A stretch of 64,000 nucleotides of DNA from Phycisphaeraceae bacterium (GCA_963674705.1 OY771506.1:2368001-2432000), one strand, 5' to 3'. Positions 1-10,045 are shown, counted from the stretch's first letter. A program made the numbers and translations. Notes: generated by a model not told the origin, from the sequence alone.

Positions 1-2
1 AG

Positions 3-389
3 CTTTGTGAAGGCACCGACCTGCCCCGGCACTTTGTCGCCAAAATCTTCCAGGATCTGGTCCGCAAGGGCCTGCTCACCAGTGCCAAGGGACGCGGCGG
101 CGGCTTCGCCCTGGCAAGCCCACCCAGCCAGATCACCCTCTACGACATCGTAGGGCACGTCGACGGCGTCGAATCCCTCGATTCCTGTGTCGTCGGCATG
201 GCCAAGTGCAACGGCCAGCAGCCCTGCCCACAGCACGACCAGTGGGAACCCATCCGCAGCGAACTCAAGAAGTTCCTGCTCTCGACCACCCTCGAGAAGA
301 TGGCCACCACCCTCAACGAAAAAATGAGCCTCGTCGGCGAGGACATGCCCAAACTCCAGAGCAAATCCAAGCCCCTGGCTCGTGGGTAA
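3..389 (+). CDS. Rrf2-family transcriptional regulator (5'-truncated by window edge)
   Basis: Frame from nt 3 reads LPRHFVAKIFQDLVRKGLLTSAKGRGGGFALA..ITLYDIVGHVDG..CVVGMAKC....CPQH: Rrf2 winged helix plus a three-Cys Fe-S motif. Confidence 0.9.
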   Translation, partial: LCEGTDLPRHFVAKIFQDLVRKGLLTSAKGRGGGFALASPPSQITLYDIVGHVDGVESLDSCVVGMAKCNGQQPCPQHDQWEPIRSELKKFLLSTTLEKMATTLNEKMSLVGEDMPKLQSKSKPLARG

Positions 390-545
390 GTTTTTTTAGC
401 CGCGAAGTGACGCAAATCAACGCAAATATCTCGACCGGGTCCTGTTAATAGCAGGGCCCGGTTGTTTTATCGAAGCATGCTCGAACCATCACTGACGGGC
501 AATCAGTTACGGCTTGCAGGATCAACATGAGCAGGCCTACCTTTC

Positions 546-749
546 GCCCCGGAGGGGCATAGGGTTGTAGCCATGGGTGGAGCGCAGCGCAACCCGTGGA
601 AGAGGTGGTGCCTATTGAGACTCACCCCGGATGGGGTGAAGGTATTGTTAGCGCCGCCCCTTTCGGGGCGGATTCTCAAAACAACAACTCGACTTCCACG
701 CGTTGCGCTGCGCTTCACACGTGGCTACATGCTTTAACCCCTGCGGGGT
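546..749. repeat. REP/REPIN-like structure: 34-bp inverted pair beginning GTAG plus four short GC hairpins
   Basis: 567-600 GTAGCCATGGGTGGAGCGCAGCGCAACCCGTGGA vs reverse complement of 695-728 GTAGCCACGTGTGAAGCGCAGCGCAACGCGTGGA; CCCC-N-GGGG hairpins near 546, 623, 655, 737. Confidence 0.8.
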
Positions 750-895
750 AGCGAGCCGCATGACAACGTTCGCAGAGTACGGGTTACGACGTTTGCGGAA
801 GATGTCTGAAAACTGTGTGGTAAGGTAATATGCCGGTGGTACTAAATCCGGCCTACCCGGGAACCTCGTTCAATCACGTGCCGTAATGCCCATAC

Positions 896-1846
896 ATGTC
901 AGAAACGCTTCCGGACCAGACCGACGCCAGTACCCGCCTAGACCGGGACCTCGCCTGCCACGCTTGCGGCTACAACCTCCGCACACTCAAGCCCGAGCAA
1001 ACCTGCCCGGAATGCGGTGCTTCGGTTCAAACATCGATACAGGCAGATGTACAACAACAACGCTACCCCATCATGACGCTCAAGGCCTTCGGCATCTTCA
1101 CACGCATCATCTATGTGTTGTTGGGTGTGGTTTTGCCGATTGCGCCTTTCCTTTTTGTAGAAAAAGAAAGCAGGCCCCTGTTTGTGTGGCAACAATCGCA
1201 TGGCCTGCTTGGCTATCTGAGAATCCTTGTCGGTGGGATTCCTGCCCGCCCGTTTTACCCATTGCTGATCTATCCGTGCGTCACGCTGTGCTTCTTCGTC
1301 GCCAACCCCGAACGCTTCGGCAAGATGCGATGGATTCAATTCGGCCTCATCCTGGGCATACTGATGGGATTCCAGTACGCCATGTTGTTGTCCGTAGCGG
1401 GTGCCGTCATCGGGGGATTCATCGGGCTTGTTGTGTTCGCAATCATCTTAATGATCGCAAACGCCTTTTGGGACGGCTCCAGTGAGTTCGAGCACGGTAT
1501 CAAAGGGATTTATGACGGGATCAAGATCGTCCAGGTTATCCTTGTTTTCATATGTGTCATGTGCTGCTACATCTACACGTTCGGTGATGATCGGCATATT
1601 TACGCAGCCTTCGTAGCGGCTCTGACCTTCCTTGCCTCGCCTTTCATTTACATGCATATCTATCTGCACGCGATCATCCGTGTCGTGCGGGCAAATGACG
1701 ATCCGACCTCGCCGGACTCGATCCGCTGCGGATCCGCCTGGTGGCATTGGTTGATCGGTGGGGGATGCATCTACCTGATCGCGTGGTCTATCTCGATCGT
1801 GCTGGCGATCAATGAATACGCCAAGTTGCCGGTCAGGTACCCGTGA
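896..1846 (+). CDS. Multi-pass membrane protein with N-terminal zinc ribbon
   Basis: CHACGYNLRTL..CPECG followed by several hydrophobic helices. Confidence 0.8.
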   Translation: MSETLPDQTDASTRLDRDLACHACGYNLRTLKPEQTCPECGASVQTSIQADVQQQRYPIMTLKAFGIFTRIIYVLLGVVLPIAPFLFVEKESRPLFVWQQSHGLLGYLRILVGGIPARPFYPLLIYPCVTLCFFVANPERFGKMRWIQFGLILGILMGFQYAMLLSVAGAVIGGFIGLVVFAIILMIANAFWDGSSEFEHGIKGIYDGIKIVQVILVFICVMCCYIYTFGDDRHIYAAFVAALTFLASPFIYMHIYLHAIIRVVRANDDPTSPDSIRCGSAWWHWLIGGGCIYLIAWSISIVLAINEYAKLPVRYP

Positions 1847-1899
1847 AGACACGAGCCGTCGGCTACCGCATATTCTCACCGCTCCAACCACAGATAATT

Positions 1900-2049
1900 T
1901 TGCCGCAAATAAACGCCAATCCACGCAAATAAAAAACCGGACCCCAATCGCTCAGGGCCCGGCCTCATTATTTGCATCTATTCGCCTCAATTAGCGTGCA
2001 TTCGCGGCTAAAACACTCTCCGCCTCCGCGCTCTTCGCGCCTTCGCGGT
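1900..2049. repeat. Periodic inverted-repeat element (CGCRAAT units) plus 9-mer unit repeat
   Basis: GCCGCAAATAAACGCCAATCCACGCAAATA ... TATTTGCATCTATTCGCCTCAATTAGCGTGCATTCGCGGCTAAAA; CTTCGCGCCTTCGCGGT at 2033-2049 is identical at 5462-5478. Confidence 0.75.
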
Positions 2050-2064
2050 TCATGTCCGTCCGCT

Positions 2065-3729
2065 TCACGCCTCTTCCGCTCCCAGCTTGATCGCCGCCGC
2101 CTTCAGGATGCCCGGCTTGCTCTTGAGGCTCTCGATCAGGTCGGCGCTCGGTTCGCTGTCCAGCTTCAGCAGCATCAACGCGGTGGCGTCGCGGCGGCTG
2201 ATGGTCATGTCCGCGATGTTCACGCCGGCTTCGCCGAACACCGAACCGACCAGCCCGATCATGCCGGGGCGGTCTTCGTTCTGCAGTAGCAGCATCTGCC
2301 CGGCGGGGACCATATCCATGTAGTAGCCGTTGATCTCGACGATGCGAGGACGCAGGTCGTCGTACACGCGGCCGACAATCTTGCGTGTCTTGTCCGCCGG
2401 ATGCGTCTTATTGTCCACCGAACCACTCGGGCCGTCGATCTGGAACGACAACTCGCTGCCGCGCGGCCCTTCTTCATCCACCAGGACCGTACGGACCTTG
2501 ATCCCCCGGCTCTCGGCGACCTGTGTCACATTAATGATGTTCACCGGATCGCTCAGGTGATTCTGCAAGAGCGTCACCAGCGCGATACGTTCGATCATGC
2601 TCTGCCCTGCCGACAGTTCGCTGCCGACCAGTTCGATCGTCACGGTGCTGATCCCGCGTGTGATCATCGGGCTGATCAGTTGAGCCATGCGTTCCGACAG
2701 ATCGACGTAGCGCTGCTGCATCGGGGAAAGATCGATCTTCAATCCGCCGGCGTTCACCGCGCCTTTCACACCTTGACCACGCAGGTACGTCAAGCAACCC
2801 GCCGCCGCATCCACACTCACCGCCATCTGCGCCTCGGCCGTACTCGCACCAAGGTGGGGCGTATGCAGAATCTTCGGGTGCTTGCGGATCGGATCGTCCT
2901 CGGCCGGCGGTTCTTTCGGATAGACGTCGAGCGCCGCGCCGGCGCACTTGCCTGATTCCAAAGCTTCCAAAAGATCCTTCTCATCCACCACGCCGCCACG
3001 CGCCGCGTTCACGACGTAGAGCCCGCCTTCTTTCGCCTTGGCGAACGTGTCCTTGTTCAGCATCGAACGTGTCTGGTCATTCAAAGGCACGTGGAAGCTG
3101 ACGATATCAACGAGCGGCACGAGGTCCGCAAAATCACGCACCATCTTCACGCGGCCCTCGCACGCCGTCTCCTGGTTGTAGAACGGGTCGTACCCGATCA
3201 CATCCATCTCAAACGCCAGCGCACGCTCGGCAACCGTCCGGCCGATCCGGCCCATCCCGACGATACCCAGCGTCTTGCCGGCAAGCTGCCTGCCCTGGTA
3301 CTTGCTGCGATCCCACCCGCCTCCGCTCATCGTCTCGTGAGCCGGGCCGATGTTACGCATCAACGCCATCATCAACGCAAACGCGTGCTCCGCCGTCGTG
3401 ATCGTCGACGCCTCGGCCGTATTGATGACCAGGATCCCTTTGGCCGTCGCGGCTTCGAGGTCGATATTGTCAACGCCCACACCCGCACGGGCGATCACCT
3501 TCAGCTTCCCCGGGTTCTCCAGGATCTTGGCGGTCACCTTGATCCCCGACCGTACGATCATCGCATCGTGCTCGCCCACGATCGCGGCGTATTCCTCTTC
3601 CGAGAGCCCCGGCTTATTCACCAGCTCACAGTCCGGCTGGTTCTCAATAAACGCCAGCCCCTCCTTGTGGAGCTTGTCGGCGGCCAAAATCTTAAAGGTC
3701 TGGGTCACAGCATCAGTGGCAGCAGTCAT
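2065..3729 (-). CDS. serA: D-3-phosphoglycerate dehydrogenase
   Basis: RAGVGVDNID, GIVGMGRIG, NAARGG, TPHLGAST motifs and C-terminal ACT domain (DRPGMIG). Confidence 0.96.
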   Translation of the reverse strand: MTAATDAVTQTFKILAADKLHKEGLAFIENQPDCELVNKPGLSEEEYAAIVGEHDAMIVRSGIKVTAKILENPGKLKVIARAGVGVDNIDLEAATAKGILVINTAEASTITTAEHAFALMMALMRNIGPAHETMSGGGWDRSKYQGRQLAGKTLGIVGMGRIGRTVAERALAFEMDVIGYDPFYNQETACEGRVKMVRDFADLVPLVDIVSFHVPLNDQTRSMLNKDTFAKAKEGGLYVVNAARGGVVDEKDLLEALESGKCAGAALDVYPKEPPAEDDPIRKHPKILHTPHLGASTAEAQMAVSVDAAAGCLTYLRGQGVKGAVNAGGLKIDLSPMQQRYVDLSERMAQLISPMITRGISTVTIELVGSELSAGQSMIERIALVTLLQNHLSDPVNIINVTQVAESRGIKVRTVLVDEEGPRGSELSFQIDGPSGSVDNKTHPADKTRKIVGRVYDDLRPRIVEINGYYMDMVPAGQMLLLQNEDRPGMIGLVGSVFGEAGVNIADMTISRRDATALMLLKLDSEPSADLIESLKSKPGILKAAAIKLGAEEA

Positions 3730-4073
3730 TGTGCTATCTCTTTGCAGGGGTTAAAGATACAAAATCCATCCCAGCACCCGCACCTCACAAGCCTGGGCAA
3801 AAGAAGATTTTAGTCTCCGAGGATGATGCACACAATGCGAAGTTCAATGCAATGAATGCGAAAACATGTCGATCCGCCAACCCTCCGCATGCATTTTCCC
3901 AACCATACATCCCCCAACCCACCCAGTTTAGCTCCGCAGCTCGCTGCAGAATCGGGCGGCAAGCAACTCGGCCAGACCATGAATGATTACCCTCCATCGG
4001 CCCGGGCCTGACCTGACATGTACACTTCATGAATACCAGGTCAGTATGAGCATTCAGTAGCGACTACAAGGAT

Positions 4074-4355
4074 ATGGAAAACCACACGAAAGCATTCTGG
4101 AAGCGAGCCGCGACTCTCAGCTTAGCCAGCATCTTTCTGTCGCTAGCAACACTCTTCATCGTCCCGGGACTTCTCACGGTTCTGTACGCGCTTGTCATGT
4201 ACCTGGCAGATGGTTATTGGATCGGCGAACCCGAGTTGTTTTTCGTTCTGGGTGTTGCGAGCATTATTGGAATTATTTGTGCGGTATTCGTATTGCTGGT
4301 CGGAATAGCACACATGTTTGAAGACCTACCAAGCGAACGTCGAAGACGGCAGTAA
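4074..4355 (+). CDS. Small two-TM hypothetical protein
   Basis: 93 aa ORF with two hydrophobic stretches; AAGGA upstream of ATG. Confidence 0.6.
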   Translation: MENHTKAFWKRAATLSLASIFLSLATLFIVPGLLTVLYALVMYLADGYWIGEPELFFVLGVASIIGIICAVFVLLVGIAHMFEDLPSERRRRQ

Positions 4356-4379
4356 ATCCGGTTTTATCATGGATACTTG

Positions 4380-4976
4380 TTAATCCTCGCCGGAACGTTC
4401 TTTCCAGTATCCTGCCCACTGATCAATGGCTTGATTGCGATCATCAAAATTTCTGTAACTTCGAAATCCAAAATCTTGGTTATGAATTGTTCGCAAAGCG
4501 AAGCTTGCCATGTCCGCAATTGTCATCGCATGCAATTCATTGCTTTCCCAAGGCTCCACCGCATATAGGCTTGATACGAATGTTGACTCGGGGCGGACTG
4601 TATACTCAAAACCGGTCTTATCATCGCACTCCAATAATTCAATAAGTAAGGGTGTCGAATCTTCACCAATCTCGATGAGCCTTTGCAGGTGATACGGCAG
4701 ATTGGCTGGTCGTACAGCCTGCGGTATTGGAGTAAACAAACGAAAATCGCCTTCCAGCAATCTATTGGCGTGATATGCTGCAGGGATGAGATGGGGATAC
4801 TTATAGGTCGGGGGTTGTTTTTTGCCGGATATGTATACGGTCCATTCCCGCTCGTTTTCCTCAAAACGCGTTGTATGTCTATTCTCGCTGCACCCAAGCA
4901 ATACAACCAGCGAAAATGCCAGCATCAGAATGAGAGCATATTGTGCCCTGGGCTCTGAGCTATACATACATAGCAT
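4380..4976 (-). CDS. Hypothetical lipoprotein (start uncertain)
   Basis: Hydrophobic segment ending LLGC (lipobox-like); HEAT-like LIEIGEDSTPLLIELL; AT-richer than flanks. Confidence 0.6.
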   Translation of the reverse strand: MLCMYSSEPRAQYALILMLAFSLVVLLGCSENRHTTRFEENEREWTVYISGKKQPPTYKYPHLIPAAYHANRLLEGDFRLFTPIPQAVRPANLPYHLQRLIEIGEDSTPLLIELLECDDKTGFEYTVRPESTFVSSLYAVEPWESNELHAMTIADMASFALRTIHNQDFGFRSYRNFDDRNQAIDQWAGYWKERSGED

Positions 4977-5107
4977 TCGGTTTTGACGCCGCTTGTATCC
5001 GCCTGTGTCAGTAAGTGATTTGTGCATCGTGTTGATCCCGGTATCTGTCAGTGCCACAAGGCGGCTCGCCTGGGCCAACTCAGACTTATGGCCCACATGA
5101 ATCCAGT

Positions 5108-5434
5108 CTACTTCGTCGGCTGCAGTGTCACGGTTAAAGGCCAAATGGCGGGCACTTCAACTGTCGCCGTTTGGTACCCCGTTTTACTTACTTGCACCCA
5201 TTTTTTTTCCTGTACACCGCTTGGCACACGTGCCCAACCGTTTGCATCGGTGCGTTCTTTTTGAGTATTGATAGACAATGACACGCCGCAAACCTCTGCA
5301 TCCCGGACCGGATTGCCCGAGGTGTCGACCACCCGCACCATCTGTTTCTGTGTGCATGCAGGGATTATCACGATCAAAGATGTGAGTATCAACAAGCCCA
5401 ATAAGAACAATGCATCAATCTTTTTGTGTGTCAT
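5108..5434 (-). CDS. Lipoprotein with carboxypeptidase-regulatory-like beta domain
   Basis: IIPAC lipobox-like; VRVVDTSGNPVRDAEV...TDANGWA...VSKTGY pattern. Confidence 0.7.
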   Translation of the reverse strand: MTHKKIDALFLLGLLILTSLIVIIPACTQKQMVRVVDTSGNPVRDAEVCGVSLSINTQKERTDANGWARVPSGVQEKKWVQVSKTGYQTATVEVPAIWPLTVTLQPTK

Positions 5435-5484
5435 CTTCAACGCTAACCCTCAACTCTTAACCTTCGCGCCTTCGCGGTAAACAA

Positions 5485-6834
5485 CTACTCAACACGCACC
5501 GCACATTCAAACGCTTCCCTCGCCACCTCCACCGTCTTTTCGATCGCCGTCTTATCATGTGCCGTCGACACGAACCATGCCTCGTACTGAGCCGGCGCCA
5601 GCATCACGCCGCCATCCAGCATTGTGTTGAAGAACGCGGCGTATCGATCGGTTCGGCAGTTCACCGCTTGCTCGTAGTTGGTCACCGGTTGATCAGAGAA
5701 GAACACGCACAGCATCGAACCAACGCGCGTGATGTACACAGGCACATCCGCGTCTTTCGCCGCTTTTCGCAGACCCGTTTCCAGCTTCGCTGATAGTGTT
5801 TCGAGTTGTTCGTAGACGCCATCTTCCTGTAGCGCCTCAAGCGTTGCGATGCCCGCGGCCATGGCTAACGGATTCCCGCTTAACGTGCCCGCCTGATAGA
5901 CCGGCCCATCCGGCGCGACCTGCCGCATCAGATCTTCCCGCCCGCCATACGCAGCGCAAGGCAAACCCCCGCCGATCACTTTGCCTAAACAGGTCAGGTC
6001 AGGCTTCACGTTGTATAGCGCCTGTGCCCCGCCGAACGCGACGCGGAAACCCGTCATCACTTCATCGAAGATCAGCAGCACATCAAACTCATCGCACAAC
6101 GCACGCAGGCCTTGCAGGTAACCATTGTCTCCACTTCCGGGGGAGCTTCCGGGGGCCGGGGGCACCACACCCATATTCCCCGCGACCGGTTCGACCACAA
6201 TGCACGCAACCTCGCCCGCATGCTTCTCAAACACCGCTCGCACCGCTTCCAGATCATTGAACGGCACAAGCAGCGTCTCACCCGTCACGCTCCCCGGCAC
6301 GCCCGGCGAACTGGGCACGCCCAGCGTCGTCGCGCCGCTGCCCGCCTGCACCAGCAGCCCATCACTGTGCCCGTGATAGCACCCCGTACACTTAACAATC
6401 TTTGATCTCCCGGAAGCTCCCCTCGCCAGCCGGATCGCCGACATCACCGCCTCGGTACCGGAGTTAACGAACCTCACCAGTTCCACCGAAGGCACCGCAT
6501 CGACGACGATCTGCGCCAACCGCGTCTCCGCTTCCGTTGGCATGCCGAAGCTCGTGCCTTTCTGGGCTGCTTTGGCAAGCGCGGTAATAACTTCTGGGGG
6601 AGCATGGCCCAGGATCAGCGGGCCGTAGGAGCAGACGAAGTCAATGTATTCATTGCCGTCGACGTCGGTGAGGATTGCCCCCTTGCCCCCGGCCACGGTC
6701 ACCGGCTCCCGGCCGACCGCCTTGTACGCCCGCACCGGCGAACTCACACCGCCCGGCATCAGAGTCCGCGCCCGTTGAGATGCCTTGCCCGATCCCGCGT
6801 AACGATCCATCCCGGTCCGGCTGCTTCCACTCAT
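5485..6834 (-). CDS. hemL: Glutamate-1-semialdehyde 2,1-aminomutase
   Basis: MPGGVSSPVRA, NSGTEAVMSAIRLARG, FDEVMTGFR, GKVIGGGLP, YQAGTLSGNPLAM. Confidence 0.97.
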   Translation of the reverse strand: MSGSSRTGMDRYAGSGKASQRARTLMPGGVSSPVRAYKAVGREPVTVAGGKGAILTDVDGNEYIDFVCSYGPLILGHAPPEVITALAKAAQKGTSFGMPTEAETRLAQIVVDAVPSVELVRFVNSGTEAVMSAIRLARGASGRSKIVKCTGCYHGHSDGLLVQAGSGATTLGVPSSPGVPGSVTGETLLVPFNDLEAVRAVFEKHAGEVACIVVEPVAGNMGVVPPAPGSSPGSGDNGYLQGLRALCDEFDVLLIFDEVMTGFRVAFGGAQALYNVKPDLTCLGKVIGGGLPCAAYGGREDLMRQVAPDGPVYQAGTLSGNPLAMAAGIATLEALQEDGVYEQLETLSAKLETGLRKAAKDADVPVYITRVGSMLCVFFSDQPVTNYEQAVNCRTDRYAAFFNTMLDGGVMLAPAQYEAWFVSTAHDKTAIEKTVEVAREAFECAVRVE

Positions 6835-6967
6835 GCGCGTAGTCTATCACCGCTGTCACACGCCCGCCCGATTAAATCGTAAATACCGTAAATAAAGCCA
6901 ATTAACAATGCCATTGGCCCCGGTCCTCAACTCCGAACCCCCAAACCCCAATCCCTTGCACCCGACA

Positions 6968-6996
6968 TTGCTACCCCCTCAGGATTCTGCTAGAAT
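6968..6996 (+). promoter_or_regulatory. Sigma70-type promoter of rpsO-pnp
   Basis: TTGCTA-17 nt-TAGAAT with TG extended -10, about 80 nt upstream of rpsO. Confidence 0.6.
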
Positions 6997-7075
6997 CCGG
7001 GGCTCAATACTGAATAGGGAAAACCAACGCACGCCTTCGGCCGAAGGCAGCGGCCTTTGGCCACGAGAGAACATT

Positions 7076-7345
7076 ATGGCGATTACTGCAGAGAAGAAGA
7101 CGCAACTGATCAGCGAATACCGCCGCGAAGAGAAGGACTCCGGCAGCCCCGAGGTCCAGATCGCTATCCTCACCGAGCGGATCAACAACCTCACGCAGCA
7201 CCTGCGCGACCACAAGCACGACTTCGCCAGCCGGCGCGGCCTGCTGAACATGGTCTCCACACGTAACCGACTGCTGCGTTACTTGGCCAAGACCAACCGA
7301 GCCAGCTACCAGACGCTCATCGGTCGACTCGGCCTCCGTAAATAA
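7076..7345 (+). CDS. rpsO: 30S ribosomal protein S15
   Basis: 89 aa [41 protein letters not shown]; the ORF-track start at 6908 is too long. Confidence 0.98.
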   Translation: MAITAEKKTQLISEYRREEKDSGSPEVQIAILTERINNLTQHLRDHKHDFASRRGLLNMVSTRNRLLRYLAKTNRASYQTLIGRLGLRK

Positions 7346-7569
7346 ACCAACTCGCACGCCGTCCCGGCACCTGGACCCCGGAAGGCGTGTCCAGGGTGGA
7401 CCCAGACGGCAGGCGACCCGCGACGCCCGCCTCAGCTATCCATTTGAGGTAACGCCTGCTCACAGGCCACGCGTCACCGGCCATCTGCCCTCTGCCTCCT
7501 CTACTCGGGACCGGCGGACTCTTTTCATCCAGCCTACTCCTCACGGCTCAACTCCAAGGAAGCAGAAAA

Positions 7570-9723
7570 ATGACCACCCACCGCGTAGAACTCGAACTCG
7601 GCGGACGTACGCTCAGCCTCGAAACCGGCAAGATCGCAAAACAGGCCGAAGGCGCTGTCATCGTCCAGTACGGCGAAACCGTCGTCCTCGGCACCGCCGT
7701 ACACGCCGCTCCACGTGAGGGCATCGACTTCTTCCCCCTCACCGTCGACTACCGCGAAAAACTCAGCGCCGCGGGCAAATTCCCCGGCGGCTTCCGCAAA
7801 CGCGAAGGCGCCCCAAACCAGAAAGAAATCCTAACCATGCGGAACATCGACCGCCCGCTGCGGCCGCTGTTCCCCAAGGGTTACAAGGACGAAGTCCAGA
7901 TCCAGTGCTGGGTCCTCGCCGCCGACGGCCAGAACGACCCGGACGTCCTGGCCGGCATCGCCGCCAGCGCTTCACTGGCCATCAGCTCGATCCCGTTTGA
8001 AGGCCCCGTCGGCAACGTCCGCATGGGGCGCGTCGATGGTAACGTCGTCGTTATGCCCACCGTCGCCCAGAGCGAGTTCTCCGACCTGGACCTGCTGCTG
8101 TGCGGTCACAAGGACGGGCTGAACATGATCGAAGTCGGCGCTCATCAATTGTCCGAAGACGTCGTCGCCGACGCGATTGAGCAGGGTTTTGAGCACGTCA
8201 AGGCCATCGCCAACCTGATCAACGAACTGGTCGGAAAGTGCGGCAAGGAAAAGGTCAACAACACCCCGCCTGTCCCCGAAGACATCATCAAGACTGTCCA
8301 CGAAAAACTCTCCGGCCCGCTCAAGGCCGCCAAGACCACCGATGGCAACAAGCTCGATCGCCAGGAAGCCGTCAAGAAAGCCATCAACGAATTCCTCAGC
8401 GCCGAGTTCCCCGAGCCCGGTGAAGACGCGACCTACGCCGCCCACAAGAAGGCTTCCGCCCGCCGCAACATGGCCAAGGAAGTGATCCACGACCTGGAAG
8501 AAGTCATCACCCGCGAAATCATCCGCAGCGGCAGCCGCACCGACGGCCGTCAATTTAATGAGCTGCGCAACATCGACTGTGAAGTCCAGGTCCTGCCCCG
8601 CGTTCACGGTTCATCGCTGTTCACCCGTGGCGAAACTCAGGCACTGGTCACCTGCACACTCGGCACCGGCAAGGACGAGCAGATCGTCGACGGCCTGCAC
8701 GAAGAGTACTCCGAGAAGTTCTACCTGCACTACAACTTCCCGCCGTTCAGCGTCGGCGAAGCCAAACGCATCACCGGACCCAGCCGTCGCGATATCGGCC
8801 ACGGCAAGCTTGCGGAAAAGGCGCTCGCGCCGGTCCTGCCTGAAGTTTCCGAATTCCCCTACACCGTTCGTCTGGTCAGTGACATCATGGAATCCAACGG
8901 CTCCTCGTCCATGGCATCGGCCTGCGGCGGCACCCTTGCGATGATGGACGCCGGCGTGCCCATCAAGGCGCCCGTCGCCGGTATCAGCATCGGCCTGATC
9001 AAAGCCGATGAAGCCGGCCAGGAAGATGTCTACCTCACCGACATCCAGGGCGAGGAAGATCACTTCGGCGACATGGACTTCAAGGTCACCGGCACACGCA
9101 ACGGCATCACCGCCATCCAGCTCGACCTCAAGATCCGCGGCCTGAACATGGATCAGATCCGCAAAACCTTCGAACTGGCTAAGGAAAACCGCATCCAGAT
9201 CATCGAGAAGATCGAGGCCTGCATCCCCGAATCTCGCAAGGAACTGAGCGTCTGGGCCCCGCGTCTACTCACCACCAAGATCCATCCCGACAAGATCGGC
9301 AAGCTCATCGGCCCGGGCGGCAAGCAGATTCGTGCCCTCGAAGCCGCGACCGGCGCCAAGATCGAGATCGAAGAAGACGGCACGATCTACGTCTCCGCCG
9401 TCGGCGCAGGCAAGGCCGAGGCCGCCATCGAAGAGATCGAGAAGATCGGCGCCGAGGTCAAGGTCGGCCAGATCTATACCGGTAAGGTCTCCACTATCAA
9501 GGACTTCGGTGCATTTATCGAAGTGATTCCCGGCCAGGACGGCCTCTGCCACATTTCCGAGCTTCAGGACGGCTATGTCGAGAAGGTGTCGGATGTTGTG
9601 AAGGTCGGCGACAAGGTGCGGGTCAAGGTCCTCCTGATCGACGACCAGGGCCGCGTCAAACTCTCCCGCCGGGCTGCCATGGCGGAAGAAGAGGCGAAAA
9701 ACGAAGAAAATGCTTCCGTTTAG
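7570..9723 (+). CDS. pnp: Polyribonucleotide nucleotidyltransferase (PNPase)
   Basis: DFFPLTVDYRE, HGSSLFTRGETQ, ESNGSSSMAS, GDMDFKV, KH and S1 domains; downstream of rpsO. Confidence 0.98.
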   Translation: MTTHRVELELGGRTLSLETGKIAKQAEGAVIVQYGETVVLGTAVHAAPREGIDFFPLTVDYREKLSAAGKFPGGFRKREGAPNQKEILTMRNIDRPLRPLFPKGYKDEVQIQCWVLAADGQNDPDVLAGIAASASLAISSIPFEGPVGNVRMGRVDGNVVVMPTVAQSEFSDLDLLLCGHKDGLNMIEVGAHQLSEDVVADAIEQGFEHVKAIANLINELVGKCGKEKVNNTPPVPEDIIKTVHEKLSGPLKAAKTTDGNKLDRQEAVKKAINEFLSAEFPEPGEDATYAAHKKASARRNMAKEVIHDLEEVITREIIRSGSRTDGRQFNELRNIDCEVQVLPRVHGSSLFTRGETQALVTCTLGTGKDEQIVDGLHEEYSEKFYLHYNFPPFSVGEAKRITGPSRRDIGHGKLAEKALAPVLPEVSEFPYTVRLVSDIMESNGSSSMASACGGTLAMMDAGVPIKAPVAGISIGLIKADEAGQEDVYLTDIQGEEDHFGDMDFKVTGTRNGITAIQLDLKIRGLNMDQIRKTFELAKENRIQIIEKIEACIPESRKELSVWAPRLLTTKIHPDKIGKLIGPGGKQIRALEAATGAKIEIEEDGTIYVSAVGAGKAEAAIEEIEKIGAEVKVGQIYTGKVSTIKDFGAFIEVIPGQDGLCHISELQDGYVEKVSDVVKVGDKVRVKVLLIDDQGRVKLSRRAAMAEEEAKNEENASV

Positions 9724-10045
9724 GTTAAAAATCGTTTAATATCGGACATATATTGATCGGGCTTGGAGGACCCGTGTTGAAATTGACTTTGCGCACATGC
9801 GCAAAGATGGTAAATTAGGCAGCGTCATCGGGATCATCCTGTCCCAATCGGGCCCCGATGTGAGTTTGGCTCAAGCGGTTCTCGTTCGTGTTTGCTCTAG
9901 CCAAACAGACGGAATGAAGTGAGTCACTTCTTTTATGAGGCAGTGGGTGTGAATTCACCCGGTTGAGATCACAGCGTCTTTTGGTATTTGCTGTAAAGCA
10001 ACACCTCTATTTCTTGGTTCCTCGTTCTGAGTGAGGAGTTCGACA

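Noticed and set aside
6908..7075. N-terminal extension of S15 in the ORF track
   Set aside because: Covers the promoter and leader; the canonical 89-aa protein starts at 7076
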